A DNA stretch of 32,000 bases, taken from the NCBI RefSeq assembly GCF_037902255.1, contig NZ_CP147990.1:4200001-4232000 (forward strand), in the 5' to 3' direction. Position numbers and translations under genes: made by a program. The DNA comes from Candidatus Electrothrix sp. GW3-4 (GTDB taxonomy: Bacteria; Desulfobacterota; Desulfobulbia; Desulfobulbales; Desulfobulbaceae). Below the pieces are notes generated by a model. The model had not been told where the DNA came from. It did not search any database and saw only the letters and a list, made by a program, of their open reading frames with translations. Positions 8,730 to 23,233 of this stretch are shown piece by piece. How positions within the stretch are numbered: the stretch's first letter is position 1; each line of letters opens with the position of its first letter.

Positions 8730-10238
8730 CTACCGCCCCTTGATCTCAGCCCGCAGCTTCTCCAATGCCTTGCGGTCATTCTGGAGATCAGGATGACCGA
8801 TCTCATCCATAAGCTGCACAGCACGGCTCATATATGTCTCAGCCTTGGTCAACTTACCATGATCTTTGTATGTAATGCCGATATTCCAGATTATCTCTGC
8901 TTCCCCTGCTCTATCGCTAATCTCCCGGCTGATGCTCAGGCTCTGATGCAAATACTTCAGGGCTGTGGCAGAGTCGCCCTGTGTATCATAAATCTGACCG
9001 ATGTTATTCAGAGTCGTGCCTTCCCCCAGTCTATCGCCGATCTCTCGGCTGATGATCAAGCTCTGCTCCAGATACTCCAGGGCCTTGCCGTAGTCGCCCT
9101 TAGCATCGTAAATCTGGCCGATATTGTTCAGAGTCGCACCTTCTCCTGTCTGGTCACCGATTTCCTGTCTGATGCTCAGGCTCTGCTCCAAATACTTGAG
9201 GGCGGTGGCGTAATCGCCTCGTGCCTTATAAACTTGGCCAATATTGTTCAAGGTGGCACCTTCCCCTGCTTGGTCACCGATCTCCTGGTGGATGGCAAGG
9301 CTCTGCTCCAGGTACTTGAGGGCTGTGTCGTAGTCGCCCCGTGCATCGTAAATCTGGCTGATGTTATTCAGGGTGGTGCCTTCCCCGACCCGGTCGCCGA
9401 TCTCCTGGCGGATGGCAAGGCTCTGCTCCAGATAGCTCAGAGCTTTATCATACTCTCCCCATGCCCTATAGATGTTGCCGATGTTGTTCAGGGTGGTGCC
9501 TTCCCCGGCCCGGTCGCCGATCTCCTGGTCGATGGAAGGGCTCTGCTCATACAGGGGCAAGGCTTCGCTGTAGCGGGAGATGCGCTTTAGGTCAAAGGCT
9601 GCATTGTGCAGATAGAGCGACCGATCCTTCTTCTCTCCCGTTGGCAGCAGGGCCGCTGCCTTCTGCCAGTATTCTGCTGCTTTGGCATAGCGCAACTGTA
9701 CACGCTGCAACTTAGCTTGTTCAACATTGGTTGTGGCCGCAGAGATACGCCGCTGCCTGGTTGTCTTCTCCATCTCCTCAATGGCCTTCAGGTCAAGGGC
9801 CTCTGCCTGGTTCAGCAGTTCCTCAGCCTTGTCGTACTCACCCGTCTCAATGGCCTGCTTTGCCTCCTGCTTCATCCGCTGCACCTCCGGGTCTTCCGAC
9901 TGCACCGTTGCCAGTCGGGCAAGCAGTTCCTTGTGGGTGGCGGCAATCTCCCGCAGCTTGGCCTTCCACTGGTCAGGCGGTATCTCCTGCTCCAGCAGTA
10001 TGCCAAGGAATCCCTCAATAATCTGCTTAGTCTCACCCAGCTCTTCAGCGTACTTGGCAACTTGCTGGGCAAAGACCTCCGGGGGGATACCCTGATGCAC
10101 CGTCACATTGCCGGTACCGGAGAAGATGCTGCCATCTCCGTCCACCTCCTGCCCGACATTCTCCTGCTTCCCCACAGCCCCCTTGCCCTGGGCAACGTTC
10201 TGGTCACCTTCACCCTTATTGTCGAATCGGTTGGGCAT
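8730..10238 (-). CDS. Tetratricopeptide repeat protein (KLC/TPR_12-type 40-aa repeats) with a Gly-rich N-terminus and a coiled-coil-like linker
   Basis: Six to seven units of GEG(T/A)TLNNIGQIYxAxGDYxxALKYLEQSLxIxQEIGDxx. The ATG at 10238 has a GGAG SD. The long plus-strand ORF 8724-9590 is its antisense shadow. Confidence 0.85.
   Translation of the reverse strand: MPNRFDNKGEGDQNVAQGKGAVGKQENVGQEVDGDGSIFSGTGNVTVHQGIPPEVFAQQVAKYAEELGETKQIIEGFLGILLEQEIPPDQWKAKLREIAATHKELLARLATVQSEDPEVQRMKQEAKQAIETGEYDKAEELLNQAEALDLKAIEEMEKTTRQRRISAATTNVEQAKLQRVQLRYAKAAEYWQKAAALLPTGEKKDRSLYLHNAAFDLKRISRYSEALPLYEQSPSIDQEIGDRAGEGTTLNNIGNIYRAWGEYDKALSYLEQSLAIRQEIGDRVGEGTTLNNISQIYDARGDYDTALKYLEQSLAIHQEIGDQAGEGATLNNIGQVYKARGDYATALKYLEQSLSIRQEIGDQTGEGATLNNIGQIYDAKGDYGKALEYLEQSLIISREIGDRLGEGTTLNNIGQIYDTQGDSATALKYLHQSLSISREISDRAGEAEIIWNIGITYKDHGKLTKAETYMSRAVQLMDEIGHPDLQNDRKALEKLRAEIKGR
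8790..9620 (-). repeat. About 7 tandem 120-bp coding repeats (TPR units) inside the TPR gene; boundaries approximate
   Basis: A 120-bp periodicity is visible in the DNA: ...gatattgttcagagtcgcaccttc... recurs with variation. Confidence 0.6.
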
Positions 10239-10389
10239 GTCATCTCCAGTTGCCTAAATTTGATTGATAAGTCCTCACCATACCCCGAAGCCCGGTCTCC
10301 CTGCACGAGAAATATACGGATACTTGCTGTGATAGGATGAATCAGTACAGGCAAGTAAGGCAGTTTATTGCCAGCAAAGCACATTCCCT

Positions 10390-10418
10390 TTGCAACCTGC
10401 CGGTCAAGTCAGTATCCT
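10390..10418 (+). promoter_or_regulatory. Conserved promoter cassette copy P2 (TTGCAA-17 bp-TATCCT), upstream of beta-helix paralog B
   Basis: cacattccctttgcaacctgccggtcaagtcagtatcct. The surrounding ~130 bp (10271-10397) is colinear with 6821-6948. Confidence 0.55.
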
Positions 10419-10458
10419 GACATGCTACGAGCAGTATATGGAATTCTGGATGGTACGT

Positions 10459-10495
10459 CGGGATTATGGGCAGGCAATCAAGATCCCCACCGCCT
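10459..10495 (+). other. 37-bp relic of internal carboxypeptidase coding sequence (matches 7317-7353)
   Basis: cgggattatgggcaggcaatcaagatccccaccgcct versus cgggattatgaggaggcgatcaagatccccaccgcct (3 mismatches). It lies between promoter P2 and the RBS of paralog B. Confidence 0.75.
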
Positions 10496-10535
10496 CAAAC
10501 CTGTCCCAGAAACATTCATCTGAAAGGAGGATATC

Positions 10536-12092
10536 ATGAAGACAGAATTAACTGTATCTTTTCTGATCATACTGCTTGCGGCAGGACAGGCGCAGGCAGC
10601 GGATATCACCGTGGACGGCAGCATGTGCACCCTTGGCGATGCTGTCACGGCGGCCAATAACGATGTGGATGAGGGCTACTGCATTGGCAACGGCATATAT
10701 GGTGACGATATCATCACCCTTTCCACTAATGTCACCCTTGCAGGTCCATTGCCTGAGATTACGAGCATCATCACCATCGAGGGGCAGGGATACAGCATTG
10801 ATGGTAACGACTCGACGGCAGTCGGCACCGTGCTGCGCATCAGCCCCATTGGCGACCTGACCCTGAACGAGACTATTGTTACCAGGGGTAATGCACCGAT
10901 CGATGCTGGCGGGGGTATTTATAATGAGGGTACCCTCACCCTGAGCAACTCCATGGTCAGCGGCAATACCGCCCTCTATGGCGGGGGTATTTGTAATTTC
11001 GATGGCACCGTCACGCTGACCGACTCCACGGTCAACGGGAACATGGCAAACGACGGCGGCGGGGGAATTGATAGCCATTTCGGCACGGTCACGCTGACTA
11101 ACTCTATGGTTAGCGGGAACATTGCAGACGGCATTTGCGGAGGGATTGGGAACAGTTTAGGTATGGTCACGCTGACCAACATCACGGTCAGTGGCAATAC
11201 CGCCGCCTATAGCAGCGGGGGCATTAATAATGAAGATGGCACTGTCATCCTGACCAACATCACGGTCAGTGGCAATACCGCCGCCTATAGCAGCGGGGGC
11301 ATTAATAATGAAGATGGCACTGTCATCCTGACCAACACCACGGTCAGTGGCAATACGGTCACCGGCAATATGCCCTTCTCCACCTTCAGCTATGGCGGGG
11401 GCATTGGTAATGATGGCGGCACCGTCACACTGATCAACTCCACGGTCAGCGGCAATAGCGTGTCCTCCCCCGACTTCGCCTACGGCGGGGGGATTCGTAA
11501 TGATAGCGGCACTGTCACGCTGACCTCCCCCGACTTCGCCTACGGCGGGGGGATTCGTAATGATAGCGGCACTGTCACGCTGACCAACTCCACAGTCAGC
11601 GGGAACACGGCAAATGATAGTGGCGGGGGCATATACAATGCACTATACGATGGAGGCACTGTCATCCTGCACAGCTCCCTGATCAGCGGCAACACAGCTT
11701 ATTATGGTAATGAAGTCGTTGATAACGGCGGCACCATCACTGCTGCCAGCTTCAATCTCTTCGGCCATAGCAGCGAGAGCAATAGCGATGCTTTTGATGG
11801 CTTCACCCCCGGCAGTAGTGATTCTACAGCCACCAGCGATGGTGCCGATCCCACTGCCCTGGGGGACATCCTTGCTCCCTTAGCCAACAACGGCGGTCCC
11901 ACCGAGACCCATGCCCTGATTATAGGCAGCCCGGCCATTGATCTGGATACAGAGTGCAGTGCTGGTCTAAACGAAGACCAGCGCGGCGAAGCCCGGCCAA
12001 ACGGATCAGGCTGTGATGCAGGTTCTTTTGAAGGAAGCATTGATCTTCTTAATAGCACCTTCCTGCCAGCTGTTTATATGTTGCTGCTTTGA
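10536..12092 (+). CDS. Secreted beta-helix repeat protein, paralog B (intact, 518 aa)
   Basis: SD aaaggagga. Signal peptide MKTELTVSFLIILLAAGQAQA/ADITVDGS, then CTLGDAVTAAN...LPEITSIITIEGQG. There are about 11 GGGI...TVTLTNSxVSGN repeats. The C-terminus is LANNGGPTETHALIIGSPAIDLD...DQRGEARP..GCDAGSFE...STFLPAVYMLLL*. Confidence 0.85.
   Translation: MKTELTVSFLIILLAAGQAQAADITVDGSMCTLGDAVTAANNDVDEGYCIGNGIYGDDIITLSTNVTLAGPLPEITSIITIEGQGYSIDGNDSTAVGTVLRISPIGDLTLNETIVTRGNAPIDAGGGIYNEGTLTLSNSMVSGNTALYGGGICNFDGTVTLTDSTVNGNMANDGGGGIDSHFGTVTLTNSMVSGNIADGICGGIGNSLGMVTLTNITVSGNTAAYSSGGINNEDGTVILTNITVSGNTAAYSSGGINNEDGTVILTNTTVSGNTVTGNMPFSTFSYGGGIGNDGGTVTLINSTVSGNSVSSPDFAYGGGIRNDSGTVTLTSPDFAYGGGIRNDSGTVTLTNSTVSGNTANDSGGGIYNALYDGGTVILHSSLISGNTAYYGNEVVDNGGTITAASFNLFGHSSESNSDAFDGFTPGSSDSTATSDGADPTALGDILAPLANNGGPTETHALIIGSPAIDLDTECSAGLNEDQRGEARPNGSGCDAGSFEGSIDLLNSTFLPAVYMLLL
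11173..11328 (+). repeat. Perfect 78-bp tandem duplication (2 units, 26 aa each) inside paralog B
   Basis: 11173-11250 equals 11251-11328, encoding LTNITVSGNTAAYSSGGINNEDGTVI twice. Confidence 0.9.
11464..11583 (+). repeat. Perfect 60-bp tandem duplication (2 units, 20 aa each) inside paralog B
   Basis: 11464-11523 equals 11524-11583, encoding SPDFAYGGGIRNDSGTVTLT twice. The unit is out of register with the normal repeat. Confidence 0.9.
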
Positions 12093-12114
12093 GGAATCCT
12101 TCCGAAGTTTGCCT

Positions 12115-12140
12115 GTACGGGCGGCACGCCGTGCCCCTGC
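12115..12140. repeat. Degenerate member of the GC palindrome family
   Basis: gtacgggcggcacgccgtgcccctgc, 23 bp after the stop of paralog B. Only the core ggcacg/cgtgcc pairs. Confidence 0.5.
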
Positions 12141-12188
12141 CCCAACAGGAAAGAGATATTAGATGATTGATAGCAAAGCATATTCCCT

Positions 12189-12217
12189 TTGCAACATCCC
12201 GTGCAACTCTGTATTGT
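12189..12217 (+). promoter_or_regulatory. Conserved promoter cassette copy P3 (TTGCAA-17 bp-TATTGT), upstream of the katG relic and paralog C
   Basis: catattccctttgcaacatcccgtgcaactctgtattgt. A GCAAC-N8-GTTGC inverted repeat overlaps the -10. Confidence 0.5.
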
Positions 12218-12291
12218 TGCAGGACGACAAAGCAGTATTTGGAACCTTACTTCATAAGCAGTACAACCCCAAATCTGAAAGGAGAACCGTA

Positions 12292-12430
12292 ATGGATAAA
12301 GAGAGCAAGTGCCCGGTAACCGGCAAGACGCTCGGCGACGCAACAGGCAAAGGCACGACCAACCAGTTGAACCTGAGAATCCTGCACCTGAACTCTCCTC
12401 TGATCGACCCGATGGACGAGGGCTTTGTCT
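12292..12430 (+). pseudogene. Diverged duplicate of the katG 5' end (about 45 codons), with an 18-bp internal deletion
   Basis: [32 protein letters not shown]...PMDEGF versus the katG N-terminus [38 protein letters not shown]...PMDKEF. The upstream leader and RBS (ccaaatctgaaaggagaa) are also shared. Confidence 0.85.
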
Positions 12431-12497
12431 CTATCAGATACCCTTACGGAAGCCCCATATCCGGTAACTGCCACAGCATTTATTTCTGGAGGACAGC

Positions 12498-13952
12498 GTG
12501 AAGAGGGAACTGACATATTTATTTTTTGTAATCTTATTTTTCGCATTAGTAGCAGGCCACGTCCAGGCGGCGAGCATCACTGTGGACGGCAGCACTTGCA
12601 CCTTGTTTGATGCCATCACAGCAGCCAATACCAATGCCAATGTGGGCGGCTGCATTGGTAGCGAACCGTATGGGGACGATACCATTTTCCTGGCGACCGA
12701 CATCCTCCTCGCAGCCTCCCTTCCGGAGATTGTCAGCACCGTTACTATTGAGGGGAAGGGTTATACTATTGACGGCAACAATGATTCAGCAGTTGGATCG
12801 GTGCTGAGCATAACCGCTGGTGGCGACCTGACCCTAAATGAGATAACCATCACTGGTGGGTATTATCCTAACGGTGATGGTGGGGGTATTTATAATGAGG
12901 GTACCCTCACCCTGAACAACTCCACGGTCAGCGAAAATTCCACGGTCAGCGAAAACTCCACCTACGCCTCCGCCGACGTTTCCGCCCATGCCGGGGGATT
13001 TGTAACTATAAAGGCACTCTTACGCTGAGCAACTCTACAGTCAGCGGAAACTCTACCTACGCCTCCGCCTATGCCTATGCTTCCGCCAAAGGGGGAGGGA
13101 TTTACAACTATAATGGTCCCGTCACGCTGAACAACTCCACAGTTAGCGGAAACTCCACCTACGCCTACGCCGACTCTTCCACCGCCTCTGCCTTCGGGGG
13201 AGGGATTTACAACTTTAGTGGCACCGTCACGCTGAGCAACTCTACGGTTAGCGGAAATTCCACCTACGCCGCCGACGCCACCGCCACCGCCAAAGCCAAC
13301 GGCGGGGGGATTTCCAACGAGACCAGTGGCACAGTCACTCTGAATAACTCCACGGTCAGCGGAAATTCCACCTACGCCGACGCCGTCTATGACTACGCCT
13401 TCGGGGGAGGGATTTATAACGATTTTGCCACAGTCACTCTAAATAACTCCACGGTCAGCGGCAACTTCGCCGACACCCACGGGGGGGATTTACAATAGAT
13501 TCGGCGGCATGGTCACTCTGAATAATTGCACGGTCAGCGGAAACACAGCTAATTACGGTAATGAAGTCGTTAAGGGCACCAACACCATCATTGCGGACAG
13601 CTTCAATTTCTTCGGTCACAGCGGCGAGAGCAATAGCGAAGCCTTTGATGGCTTCACCCCCGGAACGAGCGACTTCACGGCCACCAGCGACGGCACCGAC
13701 CCCACCGTCTTGGTGGCCATCCTCGGCCCTTTGGCCGACAACGGCGGCCTAACGAAGACCCATGCCTTGGTTGCGGGCAGTCCGGCCATTGATTTGGATG
13801 CGGCATGCAGTGCCGGTCTGAGTCAGGACCAACGCGGTGAAGCCCGTCCTTCTGGTGCAGGCTGCGATGCAGGCGCCTTTGAGTTCGACAGTACTCTCCC
13901 GCATGACAACAATACCGGTTTCCTGCCTGCGATGTATCTACTTTTGCTCTGA
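12498..13952 (+). pseudogene. Secreted beta-helix repeat protein, paralog C. GTG start; two frame breaks at G-runs (12993-12997 and 13481-13487)
   Basis: SD ggagg, then GTG. Signal peptide VKRELTYLFFVILFFALVAGHVQA/ASITVDGS, then CTLFDAITAAN...LPEIVSTVTIEGKG. The middle segment (about 13017-13490) is open in a second frame and reads GTLTLSNSTVSGNSTYASAYAYASAKGGGIYN.... The C-terminal ORF 13509-13952 ends TGFLPAMYLLLL*. Confidence 0.8.
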
Positions 13953-13975
13953 GTAGATAAGATACCACATTCCCT

Positions 13976-14004
13976 TTGCAACCTCCCGAGCAACTCTGTA
14001 TTGT
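13976..14004 (+). promoter_or_regulatory. Conserved promoter cassette copy P4 (TTGCAA-17 bp-TATTGT), upstream of katG
   Basis: cacattccctttgcaacctcccgagcaactctgtattgt. It starts 24 bp after the stop of paralog C and 75 bp before the katG ATG. Confidence 0.55.
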
Positions 14005-14015
14005 TGTCAGGATGA

Positions 14016-16284
<2,269 letters not shown>

Positions 16285-16337
16285 TGCAGAGGCCTCTCAA
16301 GGCCGTAATAGCCGTAGTAATAGGCTGGGCGGAAGAG

Positions 16338-16365
16338 GTAGGGGCACGGCGCGCCGTGCCCCTAC
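16338..16365. terminator. 28-bp perfect GC palindrome (gtaggggcacggcgcgccgtgcccctac) between convergent genes; a possible bidirectional terminator hairpin
   Basis: Perfect 14+14 inverted repeat, 54 bp after the katG stop and overlapping the stop codon of the minus-strand Zn-ribbon gene. There is no flanking U-tract, so terminator function is inferred from position only. Confidence 0.45.
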
Positions 16366-16988
16366 TCAAGCACCGCTGTGGTAATATCCAGGACCTCCTT
16401 TTCTGCCACCTTAACCACTGCCCCGTTCTTGGTGGTGATGCGGATAATCCCTCCGTTATGCTCCAGCTTGTTGGCATAGTAGGTCTGACCGTTCATCATA
16501 ATCACCACCTGGATTTCCTCCCGGCCGCTGAGGTTGGGCATCTTCTCGGCAAGTGGTTCCAGTACAGTGCCCTTCAGGCTCGCTTGTTGGGTGGTGAACA
16601 ACCAAAAGGCACCTCCTGCCGCAGCCAGTATCAGGAGAAGCAGGGCAGCCAGGATGGCCTGCTTCTTCCCCTTTCCTCCCTTTTTCTGCGCGACCTTGCC
16701 GTCTCGAATCATGACCTTTTCATACTCCTTATTATCTACCCTGGTTGCCTCATGTCGTTTATTGAGGACCAGGTTGCAAGAAGGACAGGTCTTGACCGTC
16801 TCAAGGACCAGCTGACCGCAGTTTTCACAGATAATCTTGGAGTTGCCACTGGCTGAGACAAAAGACAGGTTTGCGTCAATGGAGAAACTATTGCCACAGC
16901 GGTCACAGGGGATGGTCAGGGGCTTGTCCACCGTGTCTGTGTTATCGACCAGGTAGTTTTTTCCGCATCTTCCACATTGAAATTTCAT
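16362..16988 (-). CDS. Zinc-ribbon domain membrane protein
   Basis: Three CxxC pairs (CGRCG...CDRCG, CENCG...CPSC), a Lys-rich linker, one TM segment (AILAALLLLILAAAGGAFWLF) and a C-terminal domain. SD gaggag. Confidence 0.7.
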   Translation of the reverse strand: MKFQCGRCGKNYLVDNTDTVDKPLTIPCDRCGNSFSIDANLSFVSASGNSKIICENCGQLVLETVKTCPSCNLVLNKRHEATRVDNKEYEKVMIRDGKVAQKKGGKGKKQAILAALLLLILAAAGGAFWLFTTQQASLKGTVLEPLAEKMPNLSGREEIQVVIMMNGQTYYANKLEHNGGIIRITTKNGAVVKVAEKEVLDITTAVLE

Positions 16989-17010
16989 AATATGCTCCTC
17001 TTGTTCAGGC

Positions 17011-17253
17011 TTACCTGTTTCTTTTCAGCAGAAGATACAAGCGGTGGAGTTTCTGTTCAAAAGGGATTATCCGAGGAAAAATCATCCTGCCCAGGGAATG
17101 GGAGAGCAGGAGGATCAGCAGGCCCTTGAGCCGAGGGCCGCCGCTGAGATTCCCCATGGGAATAATTTTATTGCGCAGGGTCATGGTAATGATCCGCCCT
17201 ATTTCCCCGGCTCCCAGATCGTAATCTTTTCCAGTGACATATTCTTTCTTCAT
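17011..17253 (-). CDS. Small hypothetical protein (80 aa) with one predicted hydrophobic segment
   Basis: SD aagagg is present. The ORF is tightly packed between co-directional genes (gaps of 22 and 16 bp). I recognise no family. Confidence 0.45.
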   Translation of the reverse strand: MKKEYVTGKDYDLGAGEIGRIITMTLRNKIIPMGNLSGGPRLKGLLILLLSHSLGRMIFPRIIPFEQKLHRLYLLLKRNR

Positions 17254-17269
17254 GATAGCCTCTTTCTCG

Positions 17270-21739
<4,470 letters not shown>

Positions 21740-22010
21740 GTTTATATTTTTATAAAAAAAATTGGTTATGTCCGCGTATTGCGCACGTGTTTATTGCACT
21801 GCAATGCTTTTTCATTTATCGAGAAAAGGACAAGTCCTGCTCCACGGAGGCGAAGAGCCCATTACATAAGTCTCTGTCTTACAGGCTGTCAATGCTTAAT
21901 CAGTAGAAGAAAAAGAAAAGTAGCTGGTAATTCTACAGCTGGATATACCTGTCCTGTTCAATCAGATCGGCGTGGGCGCGACCAGGGAACAGGGCGTTTG
22001 GCAAAAAGTT

Positions 22011-22039
22011 TTGCAACAACAGAGAGAATAGCCTATACT
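22011..22039 (+). promoter_or_regulatory. Putative sigma70 promoter for msrAB (TTGCAA-17 bp-TATACT)
   Basis: ttgcaa at 22011-22016, a 17-bp spacer, and tatact at 22034-22039, 60 bp upstream of the ATG. Confidence 0.5.
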
Positions 22040-22098
22040 CTACAATAAGATAGGAAGAGTCCGCAAGTCTGCACATAACCTTTGCTTTCACCAGCGCT

Positions 22099-23199
22099 AT
22101 GAAACCCTTTATTCCGATACTTATCTTTTTTGCAGGTTGGGGAGTGCTGTCTGAAGCCTTTGCCGGAGCAACTACTGAACAGGCTGTCCTGGCTGGCGGT
22201 TGTTTCTGGTGTATGGAGGCAGATTTTCAGAAGGTCAAAGGCGTGCAGGAGGTTGTTTCCGGCTATACCGGCGGAACCGGCACCAATCCGACCTATGATG
22301 ATTATGTGCAAAAAGGGCATATTGAGGTGGTCCAAATCACCTATGATCCCGCTGTCCTCTCCTATGCCGAGCTTCTCAATATATTCTGGCAAAAGGTCGA
22401 TCCGGTTGATCCCGATGGTCAATTCTGTGACCGGGGCCATGCCTATTCAACGGCGATTTTTTACACGACTGAGGACCAGAGGAAAAGAGCTGAGGCCTCA
22501 AAAGCGGCCTTGGAACAGTCCGGCTTGCTTGCTCAGCCCATTGCCACCAAGATACGGCAGAGCAGCATCTTTTATCCAGCTGAAGAGTATCATCAGAATT
22601 ACTCGGAAAAAAATCCCATCCGCTATAAGTTTTATCGCTTTAAATGCGGGCGGGATCAGCGTCTTGAGGAGTTATGGGATGGAAAAGAGTTGCCCGCAGT
22701 TACCCAAGAAACAGCTGAACAAAAAGCAGAAGGGAACATGACCTTTACAGGGTTTACAAAGCCGAGCCAGAAAGAGTTGCAGAAGCGCCTGAGCCCGCTT
22801 CAGTATAAGGTCACCCAGGAAGACGGTACAGAACCGGCATTTAAGAATGCGTATTGGGAGAAGAGCCAGCCAGGCATCTACGTGGACATCGTCTCGGGAG
22901 AGCCGCTGTTCAGTTCGCTGGATAAGTACAAGTCCGGGACAGGCTGGCCAAGCTTTACCAAGCCCCTTGTACCGGAAAATATTATTGAGCGTGAGGACAG
23001 AAGCTGGTTTTCCGTGCGCACCGAGGTGCGGAGCAAACATGCTGATTCCCATCTCGGCCATGTCTTTACTGATGGGCCAGCGCCTACAGGCCTGCGCTAT
23101 TGCATGAACTCGGCAGCGCTTCGCTTTATTCCGGCAAAGGACCTGGAAAAAGAGGGCTATGGCACCTATACGAAACTCTTTCCTGAAAGCAAACGCTGA
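22099..23199 (+). CDS. msrAB: Exported bifunctional methionine sulfoxide reductase MsrA/MsrB
   Basis: Signal peptide [23 protein letters not shown]. The MsrA motif is [11 protein letters not shown]. The MsrB part reads TGWPSF...[10 protein letters not shown]...[13 protein letters not shown]. Confidence 0.9.
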   Translation: MKPFIPILIFFAGWGVLSEAFAGATTEQAVLAGGCFWCMEADFQKVKGVQEVVSGYTGGTGTNPTYDDYVQKGHIEVVQITYDPAVLSYAELLNIFWQKVDPVDPDGQFCDRGHAYSTAIFYTTEDQRKRAEASKAALEQSGLLAQPIATKIRQSSIFYPAEEYHQNYSEKNPIRYKFYRFKCGRDQRLEELWDGKELPAVTQETAEQKAEGNMTFTGFTKPSQKELQKRLSPLQYKVTQEDGTEPAFKNAYWEKSQPGIYVDIVSGEPLFSSLDKYKSGTGWPSFTKPLVPENIIEREDRSWFSVRTEVRSKHADSHLGHVFTDGPAPTGLRYCMNSAALRFIPAKDLEKEGYGTYTKLFPESKR

Positions 23200-23212
23200 G
23201 TCTTTCAGCGTT
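23192..23212 (+). terminator. Weak hairpin overlapping the msrAB stop (aacgctg-N7-cagcgtt) followed by T-rich sequence
   Basis: 7-bp stem and 7-nt loop, with ccaattctttaattattc downstream. It is not a canonical U-tract. Confidence 0.25.
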
Positions 23213-23233
23213 CCAATTCTTTAATTATTCTGC

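Noticed and set aside
8724-10340. Plus-strand ORFs 8724-9590 (288 aa) and 9606-10340 (244 aa)
   Set aside because: They are antisense to the TPR gene. Their repetitive Leu-rich sequence simply mirrors the TPR repeat periodicity.
12163-12501. A 112-aa ORF
   Set aside because: It is a chimeric read-through of promoter cassette P3, the decayed katG 5' fragment and the spacer before paralog C. Only the katG-derived part has any homology, and that part is a relic.
3725-13487. Poly-G tracts in GGGI codons acting as slipped-strand phase-variation switches for paralogs A and C
   Set aside because: The idea is attractive, because the frame breaks sit exactly in G5-G7 runs. But queC, katG, the phosphoesterase and the HAD gene carry the same kind of homopolymer break. 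Sequencing error is the more economical explanation until read-level data say otherwise.
21999-22015. A sigma54-like promoter, tggcaaaaagttttgca, upstream of msrAB
   Set aside because: The GG-to-GC spacing is one base longer than the strict TGGCAC-N5-TTGC geometry, and the -24 element is imperfect. The overlapping TTGCAA-17-TATACT sigma70 reading is the better explanation.
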